Shown: one piece after another, positions 1 through 8,496 of the stretch | How the letters are laid out: every line of letters starts with the position of its first letter | Numbering within the stretch: the first letter of the stretch is position 1 | Source of the DNA: a virus | Lineage: Duplodnaviria; Caudoviricetes | DNA: 43,513 nucleotides | IMG/VR virus record: IMGVR_UViG_3300011403_000019 | Span: 1 to 43,513 of that record | Reading direction: 5' to 3' (one strand) | Notes under the pieces: model-generated | Told to the model about the DNA's origin: nothing | The model's input: only the letters and a program-made list of their open reading frames with translations | Databases searched by the model: none | Translations under genes and position numbers: made by a program

Positions 1-13
1 CTATACAACGTAT

Positions 14-50
14 AAGCCGCGCGAGCCTCACAGCTTGCGCGGCTTTCTTC
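14..50 (+). terminator. Rho-independent terminator
   Basis: 13-bp stem AAGCCGCGCGAGC (14-26)/GCTTGCGCGGCTT (33-45) with one G-U pair and a 6-nt loop, followed by TCTTC. Confidence 0.65.
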
Positions 51-342
51 GTGTCTATTGTGCAACAGACATGAAAGACACACAGACAAGCGAGGCAGTG
101 TCAGCAGTAGCTGCGCACAGCCGAGCGCCCGCCACCGCATACGCCGCATCTACATCACATATAGCACATGTGCACTAGGAGCGCAGCGACACATACCCAC
201 TACACACGTAACTACTCAAACACACATATACATTGTATAAATCAACAATCAGCGACAAGTGGGTGTCGGCTCCGCCTCCTAGTGTAGATGTATAAGTCTA
301 GATCTAGTAGTTGTGTCAACTATACACACAACAGCATGTGGG

Positions 343-371
343 CTTGCATGTGATTTATATTCTGCTATAAT
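343..371 (+). promoter_or_regulatory. Sigma70-like early promoter (family copy 1)
   Basis: cTTGCAT-16 nt-TATAAT with TGn extended -10; near-identical elements at 5799, 8441, 42454, 43072. Confidence 0.75.
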
Positions 372-442
372 AAGTATACTGTCGAGGAAGATAGGTAGCA
401 TAAGTTGTGCTATATACAATGTATAACCAAGGAGATGTAGCT

Positions 443-1282
443 ATGTCACAACAACTCTGGCTCCCAATGCAGACTACTGCTGAACTCAATGCACAAGAAA
501 CTGCTAAAGTATTCGAGGACATCAATGCAGTAAGAGAACGTGCACCTGCACTATTCGCTACAACTGCACACCCACGTATGAGTGAGCGTTATAGCTTCAC
601 GAATACATATGACATTGTGTTAGCTATGCACAATCGCGGGTATCGTGTGAATAGCATTAGCGGTGGTACTAGTACGTATAAGAAACTAATGGTGCGTATG
701 CGTAATACTAACTACGATGTAAAGAATGGTGTATCATTCGCACCTGAGTTAGTACTGCTAGATAGCCATGATGGTACATCTAGGCTGAAGATGTTCCTTG
801 GTGCAATTAAGTTCGCATGCATGAATGGTATGATTGCTGGTGATATACTCTATGCACGCAGCTATCTACACTTTGCTCAAGATCTAATGGCACAAATACG
901 CCTCGACATGGATGACATCAACACGCACACAGTTAAGCTTATACAACGTATAGCTGCGATGCGTGAGCATAAGGTGACATATGCTGAGCGCATTATGTTG
1001 GCTGATACAGCAGTCAAACAACGCTATGGTGAGAACAAGGACGGCAGCTTTGTCGCTGATGTGCGTCAGTCATTCCTTGCTACACGTAGACCTGAAGACG
1101 AGAGCAATGATCTATTCACTGCAATGAACGTAGTACAGGAGAACGCACTGCGTGGTGGTGGCTACTATACTAACAACAATCGCGTACAGCATATCCGCGC
1201 TATCACTCAAGTAGATCGCAACGTACACATCAACCAAGCTCTTTGGCAGTGCGCTGAAGACATCATGCAGAAGGCGGCTTAA
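443..1282 (+). CDS. DUF932-like phage/plasmid protein
   Basis: RBS AAGGAG at 429-434, ATG at 443. Motifs SERYSF, PELVLLDSHDGTS and FACMNGMI, plus C-terminal DLFTAMNVVQEN...NQALW, resemble DUF932. Confidence 0.75.
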   Translation: MSQQLWLPMQTTAELNAQETAKVFEDINAVRERAPALFATTAHPRMSERYSFTNTYDIVLAMHNRGYRVNSISGGTSTYKKLMVRMRNTNYDVKNGVSFAPELVLLDSHDGTSRLKMFLGAIKFACMNGMIAGDILYARSYLHFAQDLMAQIRLDMDDINTHTVKLIQRIAAMREHKVTYAERIMLADTAVKQRYGENKDGSFVADVRQSFLATRRPEDESNDLFTAMNVVQENALRGGGYYTNNNRVQHIRAITQVDRNVHINQALWQCAEDIMQKAA

Positions 1283-1284
1283 CA

Positions 1285-1350
1285 ATGAGCGAGATAGTGT
1301 TATCGTGTAGCTGGGTCGTGATACTTGTACTAATAGTACTATTCGCATAG
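1285..1350 (+). CDS. Putative 21-aa hydrophobic peptide MSEIVLSCSWVVILVLIVLFA
   Basis: Read by hand; ATG 2 nt after the upstream stop; single TM-like stretch; weak RBS. Confidence 0.3.
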   Translation: MSEIVLSCSWVVILVLIVLFA

Positions 1351-1396
1351 GACGCAGCACCAAACACAAGGCGGGCTTCGCCCGTAGGGGAGCTAA

Positions 1397-2329
1397 ATGC
1401 TAGCGCAAGATTGGCTATATGGTCATCGTGTAGCTACACCATATGATGCACGTGTAGAGCGTCATCTTAAACTCCCAACGGAGTTCAATAAGCACAGCTC
1501 ACTCGCTGTGCTCAACCTATTAGCTGAGCGCATTGTCTTCACTGACGATGTGCCCAGCTTGCTCTATGATATGAATGACAACAGACAACTCACATTCGAG
1601 GGTGTACTTGGTAGTGCTAAACTACCCTATGACTGCTTCTGGATTGAATACAACACAATGATAGGCATGGGTACAGATGAGCCAGACTTAGATCACTGTA
1701 GCTATGGTGCGCTTATACAACGTATAGGCTCAATCGGTGTACGCATGTACATCATCATCGGCCTCAAGTGGAATGATGCTGACATGATAAGCACGCTTGC
1801 ATATGTAGTAGACTTCGATAAGTGGCCGCCTATTGAACCTAGTGTGAAGCATGGTGGTCGTATGGCTCTCACATTCTCTGTAGCATATGCATTCAACTAC
1901 GAACGCATAATGCGTGGTAAAGGCACCGCTGCAACGGCTGACTTGGGTAGTGTAGTGAATGAACTAATCTTCGGCATCTTCCTAGTAACACAGCCCAAGG
2001 TCTATAGTGATGAACAAGTCAAGTGGAAGGCGTCTCACAAACGCGCTCGTGTTGAACGTAACAAACCACCGCTACTTGAGTATAGAAAGATACGTCTGCA
2101 CATCTGCAAACCCAGCAAGCACTATACCACTCGACCAACTGGTATCGGTGGAGACAGTGTTGATACTGAGAGCGCCGCTGCTGTGCAACATCGTCGTTAC
2201 CACAAGGTCATGGGACACTTTCGACATTACGTCAATCACGAGCCGCCTCATACCGTCTGGATAGAGCCACACTATCGCGGTGATCCAGCACTAGGTGTGA
2301 CGTTCACAGAGAGAGATGTAACACGATGA
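1397..2329 (+). CDS. Hypothetical early protein with C-terminal His-rich H..GHFR...WIEPHYRG motif
   Basis: 310-aa ORF, GGGGAG RBS. Confidence 0.7.
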   Translation: MLAQDWLYGHRVATPYDARVERHLKLPTEFNKHSSLAVLNLLAERIVFTDDVPSLLYDMNDNRQLTFEGVLGSAKLPYDCFWIEYNTMIGMGTDEPDLDHCSYGALIQRIGSIGVRMYIIIGLKWNDADMISTLAYVVDFDKWPPIEPSVKHGGRMALTFSVAYAFNYERIMRGKGTAATADLGSVVNELIFGIFLVTQPKVYSDEQVKWKASHKRARVERNKPPLLEYRKIRLHICKPSKHYTTRPTGIGGDSVDTESAAAVQHRRYHKVMGHFRHYVNHEPPHTVWIEPHYRGDPALGVTFTERDVTR

Positions 2330-2568
2330 AGAAACGCAAACGCAGGTATATGTCTAATGGACGTGCATGCTTAATCATAGCTGATTGGGCAGCACAGAAT
2401 GACAGAGAGAACTATGAGCGTTATCGTGTTGTAGCTAGCCACATCAACATGTGGTACATGATATACATACCAACAGGTAAACAGATTGGCGATCCTAAGA
2501 TGCGTTGGCGTACTTGGTTGCGTAAGAACCATCCTGACATGTACAAGATAGTGTGGCCCAATGAATGA
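2326..2568 (+). CDS. Small basic hypothetical protein
   Basis: ATGA overlap with upstream stop. Confidence 0.6.
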   Translation: MKKRKRRYMSNGRACLIIADWAAQNDRENYERYRVVASHINMWYMIYIPTGKQIGDPKMRWRTWLRKNHPDMYKIVWPNE

Positions 2569-2794
2569 GGCATTGAACAATGTATGGCTACAACCGGGCA
2601 CACGTGCTCACATGCTTGTGTATCGTCCTATCACTAACACATGGCAACTATGGACAGCTACAAACAAACGCAGCGGCAATAGCGATACATGGTTTGGGAC
2701 TTACATGGAGTTGTATGCTGATGGAACCTGCATACAACATTACCGCTCTGAGACTGAGGTGCGAGAGATTACAGTAAGACCAGCATGTGAATAA
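2561..2794 (+). CDS. Hypothetical protein
   Basis: 8-nt overlap with upstream gene, operon context. Confidence 0.55.
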   Translation: MNEALNNVWLQPGTRAHMLVYRPITNTWQLWTATNKRSGNSDTWFGTYMELYADGTCIQHYRSETEVREITVRPACE

Positions 2795-2838
2795 CTAGGA
2801 TAACATCTATACAACGTATAACCAACGGAGTACAACGA

Positions 2839-3156
2839 ATGATACCTCTCGTAACATCACAGATTGACGACATGGACCGCGCTCGCATGGAGTTCATCGA
2901 CAAGTTGAACGACCATATACATAAGCTACGTGAGGAACTGCGCAGCAATGAGATCATACTGCATAGCGTAGTGCAATCACTTAGCGCACCTACAGATGAT
3001 ATGGCTGAGTTAGACATATCGCTGCATGAACAGAGGAAGGAGTCCGCCACCCACCGACCAATGATACTCACTGCTGATGAGCAGAAGCGTGTAAACCGTA
3101 TGCAACAGGCCCTCTTAGGAGAAGTAGGTAAGATCAATGCCGACCAAGACAACTAA
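2839..3156 (+). CDS. Hypothetical coiled-coil protein
   Basis: GGAG RBS directly after a TATAC box; helical composition. Confidence 0.65.
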   Translation: MIPLVTSQIDDMDRARMEFIDKLNDHIHKLREELRSNEIILHSVVQSLSAPTDDMAELDISLHEQRKESATHRPMILTADEQKRVNRMQQALLGEVGKINADQDN

Positions 3157-3349
3157 CTACACAGTCACTGTATTAGGTGAAGACTGCGGTGTGCTGAAGT
3201 ATGTAAGACAACGCCTTGCGTGGTTCTACGATGGTGAAATGCGTATGCTCTATCACCGTGATGCTGGCATCCGTAAGGTACGTGCTAGCATAGCTCGCGC
3301 TCTAGATGTACCTGTTGCTCAACTCAACATCAAATACAACAAGGAGTAA
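3137..3349 (+). CDS. Hypothetical protein
   Basis: 70-aa ORF filling the gap in a + strand operon. Confidence 0.55.
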   Translation: MPTKTTNYTVTVLGEDCGVLKYVRQRLAWFYDGEMRMLYHRDAGIRKVRASIARALDVPVAQLNIKYNKE

Positions 3350-3354
3350 TAACA

Positions 3355-4587
3355 ATGACTACCATGTCAAACACAGTATGCTTCTATAACAACGGCGAGT
3401 TTGATCGTCGCTCTCTCACTATGATGGGCTTGTCTGCTAAGAAGGACGATACAGCTATCGGCTTCTTTGGCACAGGCTTCAAGTACGCTATCGCTACACT
3501 ACTGCGCCTTGGTGCTACGATTGAAATCACTGCGCGTAGTGGTGAAGGCTATACAACGTATAACTTCTATTCAATCGGTGACAAGTTCCGTGGTAAGGAG
3601 TTTGAATGCATCTACTGTGAGAGTGAGCAAGATCGCATCGAGCTTCCATTCACCACACATCTAGGTGCTAACTGGAAAGCATGGCAAGCCTATCGTGAGC
3701 TATTCACCAACGCTAAAGATGAAGGCGGTGGCGTAGCTCTCATTGATGACCTCAAGGTTGCTGCTGCTGACATCGTTGTATCAGTGACAGACAACAACAT
3801 CGCTAAGGTGTTTGAGGAACATGATAAGTACTTCCTCAATGAAGAAGCTGTTAGCACTGGCTATCGCATGCGCTGCGTACAGAAACGCCAAACACATGAT
3901 AACGTGGTGTACTACAAATCCATGTACACAGGCACACGTTTAGACAAGCCAACGTTCTTCACGTACGACTATGTGAAGACTGTAGACTTGACTGAGGATC
4001 GCACACTCGCTGACACATGGTACATTCGTACACACATTGGCGAGCTATGGGCATGCAACATGGACTACGATACTCTCGTAGAATATCTGCCTAAGATCGC
4101 TAATCAAGACTACTTCGAGAACAGTCTTGACACAGGCTATCATGCAGGCAGCGAAGACTTCCTCAATGCGTGCGCTTATCTCAACAAGATGCATCGCCCT
4201 ATGCCTATGTGGGCGCGTGATATGTACATCAAGACACTACCATTCGATCAACAGATCGAGGCATACAAACCTACACGTCATCAGAAGGCACAGCTTGCTA
4301 AGGCTATCGAGATCCTCGCACACCATAAGTACATGATCGACTTGGAGAAGCTGCACCTATGCACCTCTCTACCTAGTGACGTACTCGGCTACTATCGTGA
4401 TGGTAACATCTACATCGCTAAGGAAGCGTTCGACCGTGGCTTTGAGAAGCTGCTAGGCACGTTGTATGAGGAATGGCTGCACATGCATGAACAGTGTGAT
4501 GACATGTCACGCAGCATGCAGAACATACTCGTAGATCGTGTAGCTTCACTAATGGAGCAGGTCTACGATATGGAACAGGTAGTGTAG
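3355..4587 (+). CDS. GHKL (HATPase_c-like) ATPase with permuted motif order, fused to a C-terminal zincin-like domain
   Basis: NNGE (G1-like), IGFFGTGFKYA (G2 box), WQAYRELFTNAKDE (N box); C-terminal LGYYRDGNIYI...TLYEEWLH; AAGGAG RBS. Confidence 0.7.
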   Translation: MTTMSNTVCFYNNGEFDRRSLTMMGLSAKKDDTAIGFFGTGFKYAIATLLRLGATIEITARSGEGYTTYNFYSIGDKFRGKEFECIYCESEQDRIELPFTTHLGANWKAWQAYRELFTNAKDEGGGVALIDDLKVAAADIVVSVTDNNIAKVFEEHDKYFLNEEAVSTGYRMRCVQKRQTHDNVVYYKSMYTGTRLDKPTFFTYDYVKTVDLTEDRTLADTWYIRTHIGELWACNMDYDTLVEYLPKIANQDYFENSLDTGYHAGSEDFLNACAYLNKMHRPMPMWARDMYIKTLPFDQQIEAYKPTRHQKAQLAKAIEILAHHKYMIDLEKLHLCTSLPSDVLGYYRDGNIYIAKEAFDRGFEKLLGTLYEEWLHMHEQCDDMSRSMQNILVDRVASLMEQVYDMEQVV

Positions 4588-4600
4588 CGTATGTGTAATG

Positions 4601-4643
4601 GCGGTGGTGTGCTAACAAGGTCGCGCATATAGCACGCCACCGC
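4601..4643 (+). other. 14-bp intergenic RNA hairpin
   Basis: GCGGTGGTGTGCTA/TAGCACGCCACCGC, one G-U pair, immediately followed by a TATAC box. Confidence 0.6.
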
Positions 4644-4666
4644 TATACAACGTATAACCAAGGAAC

Positions 4667-5065
4667 ATGACAATGAAATCACCAACCACGACTGATGAAG
4701 GCTACTACATCGACATCGTTAGCGATAACCCTCGCATGCCTGCACCTATGGTACAGACACACATTCGTCACCTTATGCTAGCAATCGAACTAGGTGACCT
4801 CGTAATAGTCGAGTGCATGCGTACTAACGACGACGTTACAGGCTACATCATCTGCGCTAGTGTAGTAGGCGCTGACAACAAGCGCGCTCTGCTACCTATC
4901 TGCGAACTACCGAACACTGCTGACCTGCTCGAAGGCTTTCGTCCGCCACGGGCAGCACAGAACCGCTTCGTCAAACCTACGCACACAGGACACTATGAAG
5001 TGTGCACGCTACATGACCCTGAAGAAGTCGCACTTGCGGAGGTAGCTGGCAAGGGTGCACACTGA
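4667..5065 (+). CDS. Hypothetical protein
   Basis: 132-aa ORF with AAGGAA RBS. Confidence 0.65.
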   Translation: MTMKSPTTTDEGYYIDIVSDNPRMPAPMVQTHIRHLMLAIELGDLVIVECMRTNDDVTGYIICASVVGADNKRALLPICELPNTADLLEGFRPPRAAQNRFVKPTHTGHYEVCTLHDPEEVALAEVAGKGAH

Positions 5066-5223
5066 TGCCACATGAATACGCACTGCACATGATGTGGCTA
5101 TACGCTAAGTACTACTTCTCAGCTATCCTCATCTACGGACTACTCTACATGCTACCAATCACACTCACTCTATATGGAGTTAAACAGTGGCTGAGAAGAA
5201 GACAATCCCGCAGCATGTCATAG
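5065..5223 (+). CDS. Small single-pass membrane protein (52 aa, absent from ORF track)
   Basis: TGATG coupling to upstream stop; MPHEYALHMMWLYAKYYFSAILIYGLLYMLPITLTLYGVKQWLRRRQSRSMS has a hydrophobic core and basic tail. Confidence 0.55.
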   Translation: MPHEYALHMMWLYAKYYFSAILIYGLLYMLPITLTLYGVKQWLRRRQSRSMS

Positions 5224-5885
5224 ATCAACGTGCTGGTGCTATTAACGAGAAGTTCCGCCCACGCAAACAGAAGTCAGAGTTCTACGATGTGTTCCGTCGC
5301 ATCAACATGCATGATGGTGACAAAGAACTATGCTGGGAGTGGAAGGGCGCACATGGTAAAGGCACACGCGGTGAATACAGACCGCGTGTGGTGATAGGAC
5401 AGAAGGACTACTACGTACATCGCATCGTGTATCAGCTCTATACAGGCTACACGCTGCAAACTGGTGATGTGATCAGGCACAACTGCGACAACTCATGGTG
5501 CTGCAATCCACATCACATGATCGTAGGCACACAAGCTGACAACGTTCAAGACATGCTCGCTCGCGAACGTGTAGGTATGCGCCTATTCTACGTCAAGCGT
5601 ATCATGCAGATGCTTGAGACTGGCTGCGATGCGTCATTCGTAACTGCTAAGATGAAAGAAGGCTACAACATACAGTTGGACGTATCAACTATACGTAAGA
5701 TCCGCATGCGTACATTGTATAAGCACGTTGAGTGGCCTTGGGGTGATGAGTACAAGGCCACACGTAGGAAGCGACTAGATGAGGTAAAGGCTGCTAAACT
5801 TGCATGTGTTTCTGAATGTGATATAATACTAGATGCTACCAACAGACAAGGAGACGATGATGGCAACGACAAAGATAAAGCCTAA
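5187..5885 (+). CDS. HNH endonuclease
   Basis: CWEWKG, HRIVY and VIRHNCDNSWCCNPHHM..GTQADN motifs; GTG start with GGAG RBS. Confidence 0.85.
   Translation: MAEKKTIPQHVIDQRAGAINEKFRPRKQKSEFYDVFRRINMHDGDKELCWEWKGAHGKGTRGEYRPRVVIGQKDYYVHRIVYQLYTGYTLQTGDVIRHNCDNSWCCNPHHMIVGTQADNVQDMLARERVGMRLFYVKRIMQMLETGCDASFVTAKMKEGYNIQLDVSTIRKIRMRTLYKHVEWPWGDEYKATRRKRLDEVKAAKLACVSECDIILDATNRQGDDDGNDKDKA
5799..5827 (+). promoter_or_regulatory. Promoter family copy 2 (inside HNH gene 3' end)
   Basis: cTTGCAT-16 nt-TATAAT with TGn. Confidence 0.7.
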
Positions 5886-6312
5886 AGAAGAACCGCTGCC
5901 GCTTGAAATGCGCGTTATACAATGTATAGCCGACTTCACAGCACCTAAGACTACGCAAGATAGCGTTGACCAACTAGCTGCTGAGTACATGACTGCAACA
6001 CTGCTGCGCTCCAACGCAGAGAAACGCTACAACGCTATTAAGTCAGTCATCAACGATGAGTTCGCTGTCAAGATCGCTAAGGTGCGTAACGAAGCTGCTG
6101 AGAAGATGCTGAAGGCTACTGACAACCTCATAGGTAGTGATTGGCAGTTCGACTTCGCAGCTAACAAGCCTGCTACACGTGTTGACGTTGATGAGTTGAA
6201 GACTGAGCTTATCAAGCGTGGTGTGAAGGCTTCGTTAGTAGATGAAGCTGTGACGAAGGTTGAGAAGAAAGCTACGCCTGCGCTTATCATCACAGCTAAA
6301 CCAGTGGTATAA
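5857..6312 (+). CDS. Hypothetical protein
   Basis: AAGGAG RBS before ATG 5857. Confidence 0.7.
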   Translation: MMATTKIKPKEEPLPLEMRVIQCIADFTAPKTTQDSVDQLAAEYMTATLLRSNAEKRYNAIKSVINDEFAVKIAKVRNEAAEKMLKATDNLIGSDWQFDFAANKPATRVDVDELKTELIKRGVKASLVDEAVTKVEKKATPALIITAKPVV

Positions 6313-6318
6313 CCTCCC

Positions 6319-6681
6319 ATGACAGACGACAACAACAAAGTCGTCAAACTGCGCCAGCCCACGGTAACACGTGCGGCTGGCGTTGTTGTTGATGACCCTA
6401 TCAATCCCAAGTCGCTGCTCAACATGACTGACGTTGAGCAGGATGCATTCTTGCAAACACTACGTGACCGTCGCCTTCGCGCTGCTGAACTCATTAAGTC
6501 AGCACAACAAGCTAAGCATCATGCTAGTAGCATCGCATCAGCTATCAAGTTGGAGCGCAAAGCTGAGCAAGCACAGCGCCAGTATGAGAAAGCCAACAAG
6601 GCGCTTGAGCGTCTAGAGGAACTTCTATACGATCTACGTGCGCTCACACTGCAACACGCTGACATCGACATCACCAAGTAG
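6319..6681 (+). CDS. Hypothetical coiled-coil protein
   Basis: 120-aa ORF, helical Ala/Gln/Lys/Glu-rich C-terminus. Confidence 0.7.
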   Translation: MTDDNNKVVKLRQPTVTRAAGVVVDDPINPKSLLNMTDVEQDAFLQTLRDRRLRAAELIKSAQQAKHHASSIASAIKLERKAEQAQRQYEKANKALERLEELLYDLRALTLQHADIDITK

Positions 6682-6706
6682 CTATACAACGTATAAGGAG
6701 ACTGCA

Positions 6707-6976
6707 ATGGTTAACTATGTGCAGAGAGCTAGAGATATACGTCACACCCTTAAGACAATGGGTACAGAGCAAGGTGTGATTAAGTGTCTAGAGCTACTCG
6801 CTGAAGACAACGAAATGCTACGTCAGGAAATGACGCAGATCATCACAACTGTAGATAAGATGGCTGACATCATCGCTAACATCGCTACAGTAGGACAGAA
6901 GCTGAAGCAAGACTGGGAGAAGGTCCGCCAGTCGATGCACCCGCAGAATGAAGCAGGTGAGGACATCAAACAATGA
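6707..6976 (+). CDS. Hypothetical coiled-coil protein
   Basis: TAAGGAG RBS overlapping a TATAC box; ATG 6707. Confidence 0.7.
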   Translation: MVNYVQRARDIRHTLKTMGTEQGVIKCLELLAEDNEMLRQEMTQIITTVDKMADIIANIATVGQKLKQDWEKVRQSMHPQNEAGEDIKQ

Positions 6977-7266
6977 CATTCCCACCTGATAACCAGTTCA
7001 AGATAGACATACCAGAGTACAGTGATTGGCACTGCTACATGTTCGGTGCCACACCTAAACATGGTGGCTTCGTGTGGCGTCCGCACAAAGGGTATGAACC
7101 TAACTGGTTCTGGCGTAAGATGCAATACATCTGCTTCGGCAACACATGGGTAAAGGAGCCTATCAAGAATGCCATCGACTATACAACGTATAACTACGGC
7201 GAAAGCACTGTTGGACCTAATGAACGAACAAACAGAAGGGAGCAAGGATTGGGCACGCCTAGCTGA
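6973..7266 (+). CDS. Trp-rich hypothetical protein
   Basis: ATGA coupling; PNWFWRKMQYICFGNTWVK segment. Confidence 0.6.
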   Translation: MTFPPDNQFKIDIPEYSDWHCYMFGATPKHGGFVWRPHKGYEPNWFWRKMQYICFGNTWVKEPIKNAIDYTTYNYGESTVGPNERTNRREQGLGTPS

Positions 7267-7393
7267 CCGCTGCATCGAGTTGCTGATGACACGTCACATA
7301 GAACAACTACAGGAGCTAGAAGATAATGCTAATAAAGCCAACAGTGGACCTAACGCTGCCGTGGATAGACTACAGCACGATGAGCGCAGTTAA
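7169..7393 (+). CDS. Hypothetical helical protein overlapping both neighbours
   Basis: AAGGAG RBS at 7153-7158; protein-like composition. Confidence 0.5.
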   Translation: MPSTIQRITTAKALLDLMNEQTEGSKDWARLADRCIELLMTRHIEQLQELEDNANKANSGPNAAVDRLQHDERS

Positions 7394-8408
7394 TACGTGT
7401 CCACGTTGGGGTATCATTCATAGCTGGCACGGTAAACGTTTGCCTAGCGGCAATGAACGAGTGCTACCACTCGAAGCCGGTCGCGCTATGCATGACGTGT
7501 TCGCATGTTGTCGCTTCTTCGACTTGCTAACTGACTTCAACAGCAAAGAGCCAACTAACTATACAAAGTATACCGCAATCAACGACTACGCAGGAAAGCT
7601 ATTCAACAATGCTGCTTTTCCAGATCGCTGGCAACAGGCGCACACTTACTTTAATAGCGCGGAAGATGCCGAGACACGCTGCATGCAGATGTGTCTCAAT
7701 CTCTTGGAAACGTCTGGCTATCACGATGATCCGAGAGACAATAGACGAACGCAATCTAACCTTGAAAGTGCGGCTATATCCTACGTACAGCGTTATCCGC
7801 TTGGTCGCTTCATACCAATCTGTAACGACGACGCAAGCATCATCGGCATAGAAGTACCATTCGATGTCACACTGCATGATCACGGCGATAAGCCTATTGT
7901 TCGGTTCATTGGTAGGGTCGATGCTGTGTGCCTTGATACTCTTAGACCTAATGACACCATACCTGAAGTACATGAGAACAAGACTGGTAGTCGCATTGAT
8001 ACTGTCTGGAGCAGCAGCTTTGACACTTCTAATCAAGTCACTGGATACTGTGTCGCGATGTCAACTGTCCTAGACAAGCCCATTCGCAACGTCATCATGT
8101 GGGGCCTACAGATACCAGTGCCTAAGTCTAGTAGCTACAGCGACGGCATCATGCGTTATCCTACTACACGCAATGAAGACACATTCTACGAATGGCATAA
8201 GTGGGTAATGCACACACTCGCAACCATACTACAATACGACGACGAGCCTACTAACGCACCTATGTACACACATAGCTGCAACCGCTACTTCCGTGCATGC
8301 GCCTTCATCCCACTATGCTGTGAGAATGAAGAACAACGTAAGCACATATTCGATAACGAGATGGTAGTAGATCGCTGGTCGCCACTAGCAGAAACACTTG
8401 ATCCATAG
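7326..8408 (+). CDS. PD-(D/E)XK Cas4/RecB-like exonuclease
   Basis: N-terminal CPR, GRAMH, IEVPF, GRVDAV, ENKTG, QVTGY and C-terminal C..C..C cluster (Fe-S staple pattern). Confidence 0.8.
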   Translation: MLIKPTVDLTLPWIDYSTMSAVNTCPRWGIIHSWHGKRLPSGNERVLPLEAGRAMHDVFACCRFFDLLTDFNSKEPTNYTKYTAINDYAGKLFNNAAFPDRWQQAHTYFNSAEDAETRCMQMCLNLLETSGYHDDPRDNRRTQSNLESAAISYVQRYPLGRFIPICNDDASIIGIEVPFDVTLHDHGDKPIVRFIGRVDAVCLDTLRPNDTIPEVHENKTGSRIDTVWSSSFDTSNQVTGYCVAMSTVLDKPIRNVIMWGLQIPVPKSSSYSDGIMRYPTTRNEDTFYEWHKWVMHTLATILQYDDEPTNAPMYTHSCNRYFRACAFIPLCCENEEQRKHIFDNEMVVDRWSPLAETLDP

Positions 8409-8440
8409 TTGGGAGTGAGCGTGTGTCGCTCCGCTCCTAG

Positions 8441-8469
8441 CTTGCTTGTGATTTAGTGTATGCTATAAT
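8441..8469 (+). promoter_or_regulatory. Promoter family copy 3
   Basis: cTTGCTT-16 nt-TATAAT with TGn, upstream of the ATPase gene. Confidence 0.75.
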
Positions 8470-8496
8470 AGTACTTACACATCAGGGAGATACCAC

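Noticed and set aside
58-240. 60-aa ORF in the left non-coding region
   Set aside because: TTG start, no RBS, low-complexity RY-rich sequence upstream of the first promoter
3550-3567. Resemblance to a loxP arm (TATAC...GTATAACTTC)
   Set aside because: Partial similarity only; no 34-bp site and no tyrosine recombinase seen
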